From a virus (Duplodnaviria > Caudoviricetes), in IMG/VR virus record IMGVR_UViG_3300020045_004627, positions 1 to 36,068 of that record: a stretch of 36,068 nucleotides of DNA; one strand, written 5' to 3'. Position numbers and translations under genes: made by a program. Below are positions 25,250 through 33,384 of the stretch, piece after piece. The notes beneath the pieces were generated by a model. The model was not told where the DNA came from and searched no databases. It saw only the letters and a list, made by a program, of their open reading frames with translations. Each line of letters starts with the position of its first letter. Position 1 is the stretch's first letter.

Positions 25250-26266
25250 TTAAAATGGTACATCATCATCTTTTTCGCTAACGAATAGATTTGTTTTCGG
25301 TTTATCGAAATTGGACATTTGCGGATTAAGTGGGACAAACTTAATTTCTTCTTTCACAACTTCATCTCGCTTACTTGCGTAGATTCGATTTATACCGCCT
25401 TGGAATATCTCAGAATCGTAGTAGACAAATTTCTTCATATCAAAAAACAATTCAACTTCGCCTGGCTTTCCAACTGCACGCGGTTTAACTTTGTTGATTA
25501 TAATCTTCACTGCATTCGTTGTCACGTCTTCACGGTGAACGGTTACCATACACTTACCTGAGTTAAACCATTCAGAACCCCCTTTCAAGTCGTAAGGTTT
25601 CGGAGCGGTTCGTTTACCGTCTTTCCCTTTCTCGGTTTCTTTAGGGTGTATAATCGTATGCAAGTGCAAATTATTATCTTCTGCTATTTGGTTTCGATAA
25701 GGCAAAACAAATTCCAAGTACTGAGCGTAACCACCATGTTCATTGTACTTGTGGTTCATATCCTTCCAACTATCAATAGAAGCAGTGTGCAATTCGCCCG
25801 TTTTCTTCAAGTGAACTGCTAAGTCCCAAAATTCAACGGGTGTCATTTTCGCTTTTATATCCTTCTTTGTTAGGATTTTAAAATATTGAGCAACCCACAT
25901 TGCACCCCTTGTTATTTCAGAATCGGTAATTGTGTTTTCCTGTTCGGGTTTAAACGTCTTGCCTGTTTTCTTATGTATCAAATCTGACATAATTTCAACG
26001 TTCGTTCCAACATCGGGAAAATAAACAAGGTGCTTCCATCCGTAGTACATCGAAGTGTTCAATAACATTTCCATTAATACCTGAGTTTTACCACTCATTG
26101 GAAGTCCTGACCAATCCGTACAGTTTCCAAGTGCCATTGAATAGTATTCGTCTAGCTTCTCAAATCCTAAGTATTTACCCTTATCGTTGTAGTTATCCCG
26201 AAACTTCATCAAATCAGTTGTAATCGATTCAGCTGTCGTAATCTCGAACCCTTTGATTAACTCCAT
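25250..26266 (-). CDS. DnaB-like (SF4) replicative helicase domain protein
   Basis: Walker A SGLPMSGKT, Walker B IDSW, IIHP, YDLKGGSEW, VTVHR, NKVK motifs; acidic DDDVPF tail. Confidence 0.8.
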   Translation of the reverse strand: MELIKGFEITTAESITTDLMKFRDNYNDKGKYLGFEKLDEYYSMALGNCTDWSGLPMSGKTQVLMEMLLNTSMYYGWKHLVYFPDVGTNVEIMSDLIHKKTGKTFKPEQENTITDSEITRGAMWVAQYFKILTKKDIKAKMTPVEFWDLAVHLKKTGELHTASIDSWKDMNHKYNEHGGYAQYLEFVLPYRNQIAEDNNLHLHTIIHPKETEKGKDGKRTAPKPYDLKGGSEWFNSGKCMVTVHREDVTTNAVKIIINKVKPRAVGKPGEVELFFDMKKFVYYDSEIFQGGINRIYASKRDEVVKEEIKFVPLNPQMSNFDKPKTNLFVSEKDDDVPF

Positions 26267-27021
26267 GGGTCGAATGATTTAGCTTGCGGAATGAATTTGC
26301 CTGTAGCATGGATTTGTAAAGTCTTATCCCTTGAAAAGTAATCTAGCGTTACGTGCTTGAAATCGTTTTCTAAATGAAAAGGGTCGTTCCTAACTGAAAG
26401 AATTGCTTTTTGGATATCTGATTTCTTCCAACCGTCTTTAAGTCTTGCATTGTATTTTCGTTTAACGTCTTCACTAACAATTCTAAACTCTCGATTGAAT
26501 GTTTCATTGATGAACGTTAAAAGCAATTTCCAATCAATAGGGTCTTTAGACTCCTTTTCTTTATTATTATTTACTTTACTTTGTGTGTTATTGCTATTTT
26601 TATCGTACGATAACCGAGTAATTGTAGTACATAAACCTTCATAATGTTTACAGAAACTACCGTAATCCATACATTTATTACTTCTTCTTACATAGGCATC
26701 CTGTATAGAAGCTATGAATTTATGAGAGTAAACTATCTTATTTAGCCAAAGAAATTCATCTATTTCACCTAGCTTACAAAAGTCTTCAAGAATAGACATT
26801 AACACGTCTTCTGTTATCCTACATTTAGCACTAAGAAAAAGTAAGTCCATTGGATTATTTAGGCTTAGAAAATGATTCTCAGTAGAAGCTAAGGACTCTA
26901 ATATTTTAAACCAAGTAGCATACCCGTCGTTGCCATACTTTTGCTCAATATAAAAAATCTTCTTTCCGTCACCTATATAATGAGGGAAGTAGTCCACTGT
27001 TTTGCGTTCTGGTCTAGCCAT
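26257..27021 (-). CDS. Replication initiator / replisome organiser (DUF4373 or Lin1244-like N-terminus plus conserved phage C-terminal domain)
   Basis: MARP..TVDYFPH, KYGNDGYATWFKILE; low-complexity linker; ARLKDGW..SDI..AI C-domain; directly upstream of the helicase. Confidence 0.8.
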   Translation of the reverse strand: MARPERKTVDYFPHYIGDGKKIFYIEQKYGNDGYATWFKILESLASTENHFLSLNNPMDLLFLSAKCRITEDVLMSILEDFCKLGEIDEFLWLNKIVYSHKFIASIQDAYVRRSNKCMDYGSFCKHYEGLCTTITRLSYDKNSNNTQSKVNNNKEKESKDPIDWKLLLTFINETFNREFRIVSEDVKRKYNARLKDGWKKSDIQKAILSVRNDPFHLENDFKHVTLDYFSRDKTLQIHATGKFIPQAKSFDPWS

Positions 27022-27130
27022 AATCGGTCGTTATTTAATGAGTGAAGCCCTGTCCGAGTAGCCACGACCAAACGGCATTCTCAAACAGAGCTTCTAATAA
27101 TTTCTTTCTTGTAATTGGTCGTTACTTAGA
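27021..27130 (-). ncRNA. Structured 5' leader / antisense-switch RNA upstream of the initiator
   Basis: 15-bp stem (27044-27058 with 27080-27094) whose loop UUGGUCGU is complementary to two flanking ACGACC(A/G)A repeats. Confidence 0.7.
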
Positions 27131-27134
27131 GATT

Positions 27135-27142
27135 CAAATATA
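27135..27142 (-). promoter_or_regulatory. -7 promoter box of the replication operon
   Basis: TATATTTG in the intergenic region. Confidence 0.7.
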
Positions 27143-27188
27143 CGATTATTCTTTTACACAATCGTAGTAATTACAAAATCTTTCATGA

Positions 27189-27635
27189 TTAATTTTCTTC
27201 ACTATCAACGAACGGAAAAATGTCCACAATTGGAGAAAGAACAACAGACGGGATAGTGTAGTCCATCATCATGCCTTTTAATGATTCGTTCAGTCTTTCA
27301 GTAGCCTCCTTAACTGAATGAGCTGACACTAAAATCACTTGTGAAACTTTCTTTGCTTTTCCATTTTCTTCTGAATCAGAATGTGATTCGTATGAAATTT
27401 TACATTTGTACCATGTGTCAGCATCTTCGAAATGGAATAAGTCGTGAATATCATTTCGAGTGATTGACTGCACGGTAAATTCACCTCTAATAGTTGTTCC
27501 TAATTCTTCGTAGATACGTGCTTCTGCATCCGTGAAAGACATTGCAGAAAGTAGATAAGGTTCTGAAACTCTTTTGAAAGTTCCATCTTCTAATTGTTTG
27601 GTGTATTTCACCTTTACTAAAAACCAATTGTTCAT
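27189..27635 (-). CDS. DUF4494 family protein
   Basis: WF.VKVKY.K..EDG..K.VSEPYL..AMSFTDAEARIYEE pattern of this Bacteroidota family. Confidence 0.85.
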   Translation of the reverse strand: MNNWFLVKVKYTKQLEDGTFKRVSEPYLLSAMSFTDAEARIYEELGTTIRGEFTVQSITRNDIHDLFHFEDADTWYKCKISYESHSDSEENGKAKKVSQVILVSAHSVKEATERLNESLKGMMMDYTIPSVVLSPIVDIFPFVDSEEN

Positions 27636-27666
27636 AATTTATATTTGTTTTAATCGTTACTAATTT

Positions 27667-27879
27667 TTACCAACCTTTAAAAGCTTCTGACTCTTGATAT
27701 CCTTTAATAATCAAAGCGCATCCTATTCCGAAATTAAAAACAATACTTATTCCACCAAGTATAGAGGCAAAAATCAAGCTTCCGTTAGAAACATTTAAGC
27801 CACTTATTAAGTTGTACCCCATAATTATAATGAATGGAGATAAGGTTGTTTGTATTGTTCCAGTTATTATTTTTTTCAT
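27667..27879 (-). CDS. Small two-TM membrane protein
   Basis: Hydrophobic 70-aa ORF. Confidence 0.65.
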   Translation of the reverse strand: MKKIITGTIQTTLSPFIIIMGYNLISGLNVSNGSLIFASILGGISIVFNFGIGCALIIKGYQESEAFKGW

Positions 27880-27900
27880 AATGTTTGTTTTTTAAGTTAA

Positions 27901-28000
27901 AAAGTAATGTGGTCTAGTGCACTTATACTAGAGGTGCAGTTAGTAAATCGCTTGTTTAATTTGCATTTCTAGATTTAGCCAACGAACCCGACACTACTTT
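27901..28000 (-). ncRNA. Candidate multibranch structured RNA
   Basis: Closing stem AAAGUAGUGU/ACAUUACUUU enclosing GUUGG/CUAAC, UAAAUC/GAUUUA and UGCAC/GUGCA helices. Confidence 0.5.
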
Positions 28001-28166
28001 AATCGTTACTAATTCTCGTCAAACTATCGTAGCTGACATACTTTTCTTTTGCGGTTGACTCAATCATGAACTGAATCTTTACCGAGTTAATACAAGGCTC
28101 TAAAACTATTGCTTCGAAACCATTGTACATTACCTCTTGACCGCGCTTAACCTCGTTCGATTTCAT
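27999..28166 (-). CDS. Small SH3/KOW-like hypothetical protein
   Basis: Likely start MKSNEVKRGQEV (ATGA overlap with the upstream gene). Confidence 0.55.
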   Translation of the reverse strand: MKSNEVKRGQEVMYNGFEAIVLEPCINSVKIQFMIESTAKEKYVSYDSLTRISND

Positions 28167-28468
28167 GGGTTTTCTGGTAGTGGCATCCAATGAGTTGCCT
28201 TTTCTATAAAAACATCACTTCCGTCAGCTAGAATCCATCTTTCACCAACATACATTCCTAAAACAATTAGGTTGTATTTACTCTCAAATAAAAGAACTTG
28301 ATTTAGTTCTTTTGGCAATTCATCATCAACACTAATCCACTTCGGTTTGTGTTGGTCGGCGAATTCGTGCATGGCGTTGATGATATTTGCATCATCGTTC
28401 TTTTCGCCTTCGCTTTTTGGTGGCGGAATATGATTTCTCAATATTTCCTCTGCTGTTGGCTTTTCCAT
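28163..28468 (-). CDS. DUF551-domain protein
   Basis: WISVDDELP ... ATHWMPLPE; start probably at MEKPT. Confidence 0.8.
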   Translation of the reverse strand: MEKPTAEEILRNHIPPPKSEGEKNDDANIINAMHEFADQHKPKWISVDDELPKELNQVLLFESKYNLIVLGMYVGERWILADGSDVFIEKATHWMPLPENP

Positions 28469-28680
28469 TACTTCCAATGTGTTTGCTTCCAATAAATCGA
28501 ATCGTAATCATCGACGTATTTCGTGGCTGGTTTATAAATCGTTTCGTTTCGTGGTGCATTTTCTTCTTGGACTTCGAGTGTCTGCAAATTAAACACAATC
28601 TCTCGATGCGTAACGTAATGCCATGATACACCTAGTATAAACCCAAGGCAAAACAACGCTATGTATTTTAGTGCTTTCAT
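28468..28680 (-). CDS. Small protein with an N-terminal TM or signal segment
   Basis: MKALKYIALFCLGFILGVSW. Confidence 0.6.
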   Translation of the reverse strand: MKALKYIALFCLGFILGVSWHYVTHREIVFNLQTLEVQEENAPRNETIYKPATKYVDDYDSIYWKQTHWK

Positions 28681-28686
28681 TTAGTA

Positions 28687-28860
28687 TTAATTCACTATCT
28701 CACAGCATTTTTTACTCCATCTAGCTGTGCCTGTTAAATTATCGTCAGGAATAACTAAGTATGAATAATGTGTTTCCTGAATAACGCTACCATGAAATTC
28801 TTCATCTGTGTCAATTGGCCTAAATACAACTCTTGGCATTTTTGCTTCTACTTTTTCCAT
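28687..28860 (-). CDS. 57-aa hypothetical protein
   Basis: MEKVEAKMPRVVFRP...CCEIVN*; first ORF behind composite promoter 3; below the track cutoff. Confidence 0.65.
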   Translation of the reverse strand: MEKVEAKMPRVVFRPIDTDEEFHGSVIQETHYSYLVIPDDNLTGTARWSKKCCEIVN

Positions 28861-28880
28861 TTCCTTTTAATTTAGTTTAT

Positions 28881-28942
28881 CAAATTTACTAAAACATATT
28901 TACAATATAACAATTCGCTACTAATACGGAATCGTTCTAAAT
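28881..28942 (-). promoter_or_regulatory. Composite early promoter 3
   Basis: TAAATTTG (28881-28888), AAACATATTTACA (28892-28904), ATACGGAATCGTTCTAAAT (28924-28942). Confidence 0.78.
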
Positions 28943-28946
28943 AGTG

Positions 28947-29144
28947 TTAGTGTGTTAAGTTTTTGAAAGTTGGGTAATGTTTTGGTACATTTAATCCAAT
29001 TGACAAGGAAGCTGAAAACCAACCCCAACAAAAACCAATTCCTATAACTTTATAGTTTCTTACAAGCACTCCAAAAATAAATGGAGTTATAGCGAAATCT
29101 TCACCATGTGCTTTTGTGTTCTGATAATTAATTAGCAACCTCAT
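28947..29144 (-). CDS. Small hydrophobic hypothetical protein
   Basis: 65-aa ORF. Confidence 0.55.
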   Translation of the reverse strand: MRLLINYQNTKAHGEDFAITPFIFGVLVRNYKVIGIGFCWGWFSASLSIGLNVPKHYPTFKNLTH

Positions 29145-29208
29145 ACTTTCTCTGCTATTAAAATTGTTAGTTGTTCGTTTCGGTAGTAACTACGTAGTAC
29201 TACTACCA

Positions 29209-29571
29209 TTATTTTTTTACTGCTATCAAAACCGAATTTTGACCTTTGTTGTTTGCTAAAAATGTCGTTGTCCACTTATTCGTTATGGGGTGCTTAGTCT
29301 GCATATAAGGATAAACTGACTCGAACATTTCCCATGTTAGTTTGTTCCCCTCAAGTAACGCATTCCCGCAATTGTAAGAAACTATTTTGTATTGCAATAA
29401 ATCAGATTGAGTTAAATTAATCAATGGGTTTACTACTAATACAGGTAACTTATCAAGAAATTTTGCGCGCTTTAAATCAAAATACTTTTCGTCGTGATTT
29501 ACCCTGTGATGCGTTACTTTCGGTTCTCGCATAGACTGTACGCGGTTGAACCATACGCCGTTACTTTCCAT
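29209..29571 (-). CDS. Hypothetical protein
   Basis: Likely start MESNGVWF at 29571, which avoids a long overlap. Confidence 0.6.
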   Translation of the reverse strand: MESNGVWFNRVQSMREPKVTHHRVNHDEKYFDLKRAKFLDKLPVLVVNPLINLTQSDLLQYKIVSYNCGNALLEGNKLTWEMFESVYPYMQTKHPITNKWTTTFLANNKGQNSVLIAVKK

Positions 29572-29836
29572 CGCCAAAAGTGTTTTCACAAAGCTTTTTG
29601 AAGGCTTCGAATGAGTATTCGTTAATTGGGTCGGTTGCGCATGAGCCGTCATATAAAGTCATGAGTATTATTTTTCCTTCTGAGTCAGTATCGGAAACAA
29701 TGCCTTTAGTAGACTTTCTTGGGCTGAACATTATCTCATGATTTTCAATACGAAGAAATGCATTATATTGTTCTATCGTTCCGTAGAACCAATCACCATC
29801 CTGTAACTTCTGTCCGTCTTTAATTGTCGTTATCAT
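29561..29836 (-). CDS. Hypothetical protein
   Basis: 91-aa ORF. Confidence 0.65.
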   Translation of the reverse strand: MITTIKDGQKLQDGDWFYGTIEQYNAFLRIENHEIMFSPRKSTKGIVSDTDSEGKIILMTLYDGSCATDPINEYSFEAFKKLCENTFGDGK

Positions 29837-29961
29837 ATCCTAAATTTTTTCATGTAATAATAATGATGCACTTCCATTAAGTGCTTTTCTCCAAGTCCTA
29901 ATCTATACTTGATATAGTGCTTTGATATTCGATACCAACGCAATAATAAACGCTTTCTCAT
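29833..29961 (-). CDS. 42-aa basic peptide
   Basis: MRKRLLLRWY...KFRI*; ATGA-coupled at both ends. Confidence 0.55.
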   Translation of the reverse strand: MRKRLLLRWYRISKHYIKYRLGLGEKHLMEVHHYYYMKKFRI

Positions 29962-30293
29962 TCGTGCTTTTTAAGTAGTATATTGGCTATTTTAATACAC
30001 AGTCCCAATTGTTCTGTGTTACCATTCTCGTGGCAAGAAGCTATTCTTCTAAGTAAAGAAACGGACTCATCTCGTTCGTCGGTTACCCTTCTGAGATAAT
30101 CGTTTTCAATCTCGTTTATAACATGATTTATCTTGTAATCATTCAATTCACTATCAGCGTGTTGAACCGCTATTTGGGCTAATCGATATGAGTCGTCCAT
30201 TACAGCGTCATAATCGCCAGCCATACTTCCGCTTTCTAATGATTCTCTAATCTTCTCCACCAACTCCTGTGGCGGTTTTTTAGTGTTGCTCAT
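29958..30293 (-). CDS. Hypothetical protein
   Basis: 111-aa ORF. Confidence 0.65.
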   Translation of the reverse strand: MSNTKKPPQELVEKIRESLESGSMAGDYDAVMDDSYRLAQIAVQHADSELNDYKINHVINEIENDYLRRVTDERDESVSLLRRIASCHENGNTEQLGLCIKIANILLKKHE

Positions 30294-30573
30294 GGTTCCC
30301 GAATGTTTCTGTAAATAGTTTCTCAGCGTCTAATCTGATTTCTTTTTGGTCGGTAGTAGATATTACGCCACTTCCAATAACATCCCAATATGCGTTTTCA
30401 GCTATTGTTATCATCTGCTCGCGCTCGTTTGGGAGTAGTTCTGTACTTTTGTCGCAAACTCTTTGAAGTGCCCTCCATGTTTCGTTAGCACCATGCCCAG
30501 AATATTTATCTTGCTGAGATTCTACGTATTCAATCAATTCCTGCATCGCTGTTTTCTGCTTTTCCATAATCAA
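30280..30573 (-). CDS. Hypothetical protein of a common Bacteroidota phage type
   Basis: KQKTAMQELIE ... EREQM ... AE..F.ETF pattern. Confidence 0.7.
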   Translation of the reverse strand: MIMEKQKTAMQELIEYVESQQDKYSGHGANETWRALQRVCDKSTELLPNEREQMITIAENAYWDVIGSGVISTTDQKEIRLDAEKLFTETFGNHEQH

Positions 30574-30875
30574 TAAATTAAAGGTAAACTTATTCTGATT
30601 GTAAAGCTTCCGAGAATACTTCCACCGATAGTACTGAACGCATCACCGTATGAAGCTTGGCCTTTACCACTGTATTTGTCGTAAACTTCTTTACCGATTC
30701 CGAGTAATGTCCCTACACCGATTCCGATTAATACAGGGTGTTTAACTTCGTATCGTTGAAGAAATCCTGTTGTCGTTGCTGAAACTGCATATCCTACTCC
30801 GAAATGCGCTACCTTATCTGTTTGCGCTGTTCCCATAATTGGCAACATTAGCGCAATTAATGTTAGTTTTTTCAT
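30570..30875 (-). CDS. YfiM/DUF2279-like membrane protein
   Basis: Signal-like N-terminus; DKVAHF, GIGKEVYD and S.GD motifs. Confidence 0.65.
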   Translation of the reverse strand: MKKLTLIALMLPIMGTAQTDKVAHFGVGYAVSATTTGFLQRYEVKHPVLIGIGVGTLLGIGKEVYDKYSGKGQASYGDAFSTIGGSILGSFTIRISLPLIY

Positions 30876-31087
30876 GGTTTTCTATTTAGCTCAGTTTGTC
30901 TTATCATTAGTTGTTCATAAGCAAATGCTTTTTTAGAGTCTAAATACCAATCATATTGTAGTATAATTCCTGAAAACTTTTGCCCTCTTACGTCATCTAT
31001 TGACCTAACCACTATAAATAATTCTCTAGGTCTAAACTCAGTATATCTTATATCGGTTTCGTTTGTAAATATTGCTATTCTTTCCAT
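30872..31087 (-). CDS. Hypothetical protein
   Basis: 71-aa ORF, ATGA-coupled. Confidence 0.6.
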   Translation of the reverse strand: MERIAIFTNETDIRYTEFRPRELFIVVRSIDDVRGQKFSGIILQYDWYLDSKKAFAYEQLMIRQTELNRKP

Positions 31088-31089
31088 GG

Positions 31090-31188
31090 TTATTGCATTA
31101 AAAATCCTGTTATAAATATTGCGATTAGAATAGCGAGCACAATCAGTACGTTTTGTTGCGCACGCTCTTGTGAACTTGGAGGTTTCAT
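31090..31188 (-). CDS. 32-aa single-TM peptide
   Basis: MKPPSSQERAQQNVLIVLAILIAIFITGFLMQ*; ATGA-coupled. Confidence 0.55.
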   Translation of the reverse strand: MKPPSSQERAQQNVLIVLAILIAIFITGFLMQ

Positions 31189-31409
31189 TTCTTTAAGCGT
31201 AATTGTTCAACAGCTTTATCAAGTAAATGAAATAAGTCTTCTGATAGAGTCATTGATGCTTCATATATTAAAGATCCTTTTTGGTCTTCAAATGATTTTT
31301 TTCTTGCGTTAAGTCTAAGCCATAAATCACATAACTCTTGTTCTGACTCGATAACCAATTCAATTTTAATTGGTGTAAATCCTTTTGTTTCTTCTACTGA
31401 TACTTTCAT
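31185..31409 (-). CDS. Hypothetical protein
   Basis: Likely start MKVSVEETKGFTPI at 31409. Confidence 0.65.
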   Translation of the reverse strand: MKVSVEETKGFTPIKIELVIESEQELCDLWLRLNARKKSFEDQKGSLIYEASMTLSEDLFHLLDKAVEQLRLKK

Positions 31410-31435
31410 GTCCTTTAATTTTTGGTTTTTACTAT

Positions 31436-31669
31436 TTATAATTGATTCCATGTTTTGTATTTCCACTTTCCAAAAGTGGTGTAAATCATTTCGCATTCAT
31501 CTAGCTTTGTTTTTCCAATTTGCAAAACTCTTTCCTGTCCTGACTCTGAAATTAATAAAGCGTATTTTACTAAAGAAAGCTTGTGAGAACCGTTCGAATT
31601 GTAAACCTTTTTTAGTTTTTCAACTATTGATTTAACCTCAAACGTTTTTATTTTATATCCTACTTCCAT
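31436..31669 (-). CDS. Hypothetical protein
   Basis: 77 aa; first gene behind composite promoter 4. Confidence 0.65.
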   Translation of the reverse strand: MEVGYKIKTFEVKSIVEKLKKVYNSNGSHKLSLVKYALLISESGQERVLQIGKTKLDECEMIYTTFGKWKYKTWNQL

Positions 31670-31698
31670 GATTTGTATCCTTTAATTTTTGGTATACA

Positions 31699-31760
31699 CA
31701 AATATAGGTAAACATATTTACATATTTACCTATACTACGTAGTTTATACTGATTCTAAAT
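31699..31760 (-). promoter_or_regulatory. Composite early promoter 4
   Basis: TATATTTG (31699-31706), GTAAACATATTTACA (31708-31722), GTTTATACTGATTCTAAAT (31742-31760). Confidence 0.8.
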
Positions 31761-32603
31761 AAGGTTTGACTTGTATTCAGTCATAAGTTTATCGAAATAC
31801 TCCCGACCTAATCCAACGAATAACTTGACATCCTCTTTATCCTTTTGCGTTGTTAGAACCTCATATGTTTTAACGCGCGCCCAATCGGGTAAATGGTCGA
31901 AATTATGCATTTGCCTAACGTCGTCTATAAAACTTTCGGTTGGGTTTCCGTCGTTTTGTCCTTCGCGCCAAAGTTTCCACGCTTCACGTTCAACTATATG
32001 CATTGGAGTGTTTTCAAGTGAATAACATACAAGCCATTTATCGAAGCCTGACATCATTGCGTAACGTTTGGCTTGCCAATTGTAGTTAACATCCTTTAGC
32101 TCGCTTTTAAACAGCGGGAATGAATCGTCTGTAAAAGAGCATTTAGCATCAAATCCAATTCGAAGCGAATTTATAATTGCATCGGGATGCCCTTCACCGT
32201 ATTCGTCTTTTAAAACGACACCTAATTTGTTAGCATTTATCACAGGTGGAAATCCGTTAACCTTACATATCCTTGCAATTGCTAAATTTTCGCATTCTTT
32301 ACCTTTGTCAAGTACGTCAGTTTTCAAGAACGTTCTCGAAGTACCGCGAACCATTTCTTTGAAGTAATTCAACACAAGTGTTTTGCCACCGTCAGATAAT
32401 TCAGGTTTCGAATCTCGAATCTTTACCAATCTATCGCGTTCTTTAGCTTGATTTTCGGTAATCTTAATTCTACTCAAATGTTCTGCAAGTGTTATTTCTT
32501 GCTTTGGTGTTAACTCAGCTTTCTTTAATCCGCCCATTAGTTCACCAAAATTATAGGAGCGGAACATCAAGTCCGCTCCTGTTAATTCTAAATTATGATT
32601 CAT
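31755..32603 (-). CDS. YqaJ / lambda-exonuclease-like PD-(D/E)xK nuclease
   Basis: KGKECE..A, GHPD, DAKCS and YNWQ..Y motifs. Confidence 0.8.
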   Translation of the reverse strand: MNHNLELTGADLMFRSYNFGELMGGLKKAELTPKQEITLAEHLSRIKITENQAKERDRLVKIRDSKPELSDGGKTLVLNYFKEMVRGTSRTFLKTDVLDKGKECENLAIARICKVNGFPPVINANKLGVVLKDEYGEGHPDAIINSLRIGFDAKCSFTDDSFPLFKSELKDVNYNWQAKRYAMMSGFDKWLVCYSLENTPMHIVEREAWKLWREGQNDGNPTESFIDDVRQMHNFDHLPDWARVKTYEVLTTQKDKEDVKLFVGLGREYFDKLMTEYKSNLI

Positions 32604-33378
32604 ACTGTAAGATTTGAGTTTCAGTTAAATCGTAAGTGCTTTGAACTTGCTCTAAGGTGTAGCTCTCTAATCTCAACTTATCAAGGTCGGCATCTGAGAT
32701 AGTAGGCTTTGTTGGCTTTTCATCCACTACAACTGCATTTCCTAAATCTTCAACTTCACCATCAACAACGGTTTCTCCGCTAATGTTCGATAGCAACCAC
32801 GCAAGTGCTTTTCTTTTTGCTTTTCCAAGTACAGCGTCAACACTTGTATATTGGTCTACCTTTAATGGGATTGGAATAATCTCATCGTTTTTAGTCCCAT
32901 CAATTTCCCATTTGATATGCGCATCAACAAGCGCACTACCTTTATCAACTTGCATACTTTTAATATTAAGTACGATTGACTTTTTCAACCCTTCCCATTC
33001 GTTTGCTTTACGCTCTAAACCCGCTTTGGCTGGGTACATATTACCACCAATGATATTGAACTCATTGTTCGTAGGCTGGTAGCCTTTTAGAACCGCTTCG
33101 ATTAAGCATCTTCTAACTATTTCAACAGGGTAACCTTCGCCTTTTACATAGCCATAACCGTTCGGATTCTTTTTCAAATCCTTGTCTGTTTTGAAACCTA
33201 GCGTTGTGCTTTGCAAAGCCATAATAGGTTTCATGTATTCAGCGTCCAATAAAGTTTCGAGCTGAACAATAGCATTGCTTACTGTGTGCGCTTTTAAGAA
33301 TCCTTTCAAGCCTTTGTTTCCGATTACCGATAATACTACACCGTCAATCTTTTCTGATACTGTTAATCCGTTTTTCAT
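32593..33378 (-). CDS. Putative single-strand annealing recombinase
   Basis: Paired with the exonuclease; EAVLKGYQP..EFNIIGG.MY...GL and GKAKRKA resemble RecT/Redbeta-type cores; family not certain. Confidence 0.5.
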   Translation of the reverse strand: MKNGLTVSEKIDGVVLSVIGNKGLKGFLKAHTVSNAIVQLETLLDAEYMKPIMALQSTTLGFKTDKDLKKNPNGYGYVKGEGYPVEIVRRCLIEAVLKGYQPTNNEFNIIGGNMYPAKAGLERKANEWEGLKKSIVLNIKSMQVDKGSALVDAHIKWEIDGTKNDEIIPIPLKVDQYTSVDAVLGKAKRKALAWLLSNISGETVVDGEVEDLGNAVVVDEKPTKPTISDADLDKLRLESYTLEQVQSTYDLTETQILQYES

Positions 33379-33384
33379 TTTTAT

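Noticed and set aside
1634-28631. Nested same-strand ORFs 1634..1885, 23565..23765 and 28392..28631 (e.g. as embedded spanins)
   Set aside because: They are out-of-frame overlaps with no convincing signal peptide or lipobox and no A-rich leader.
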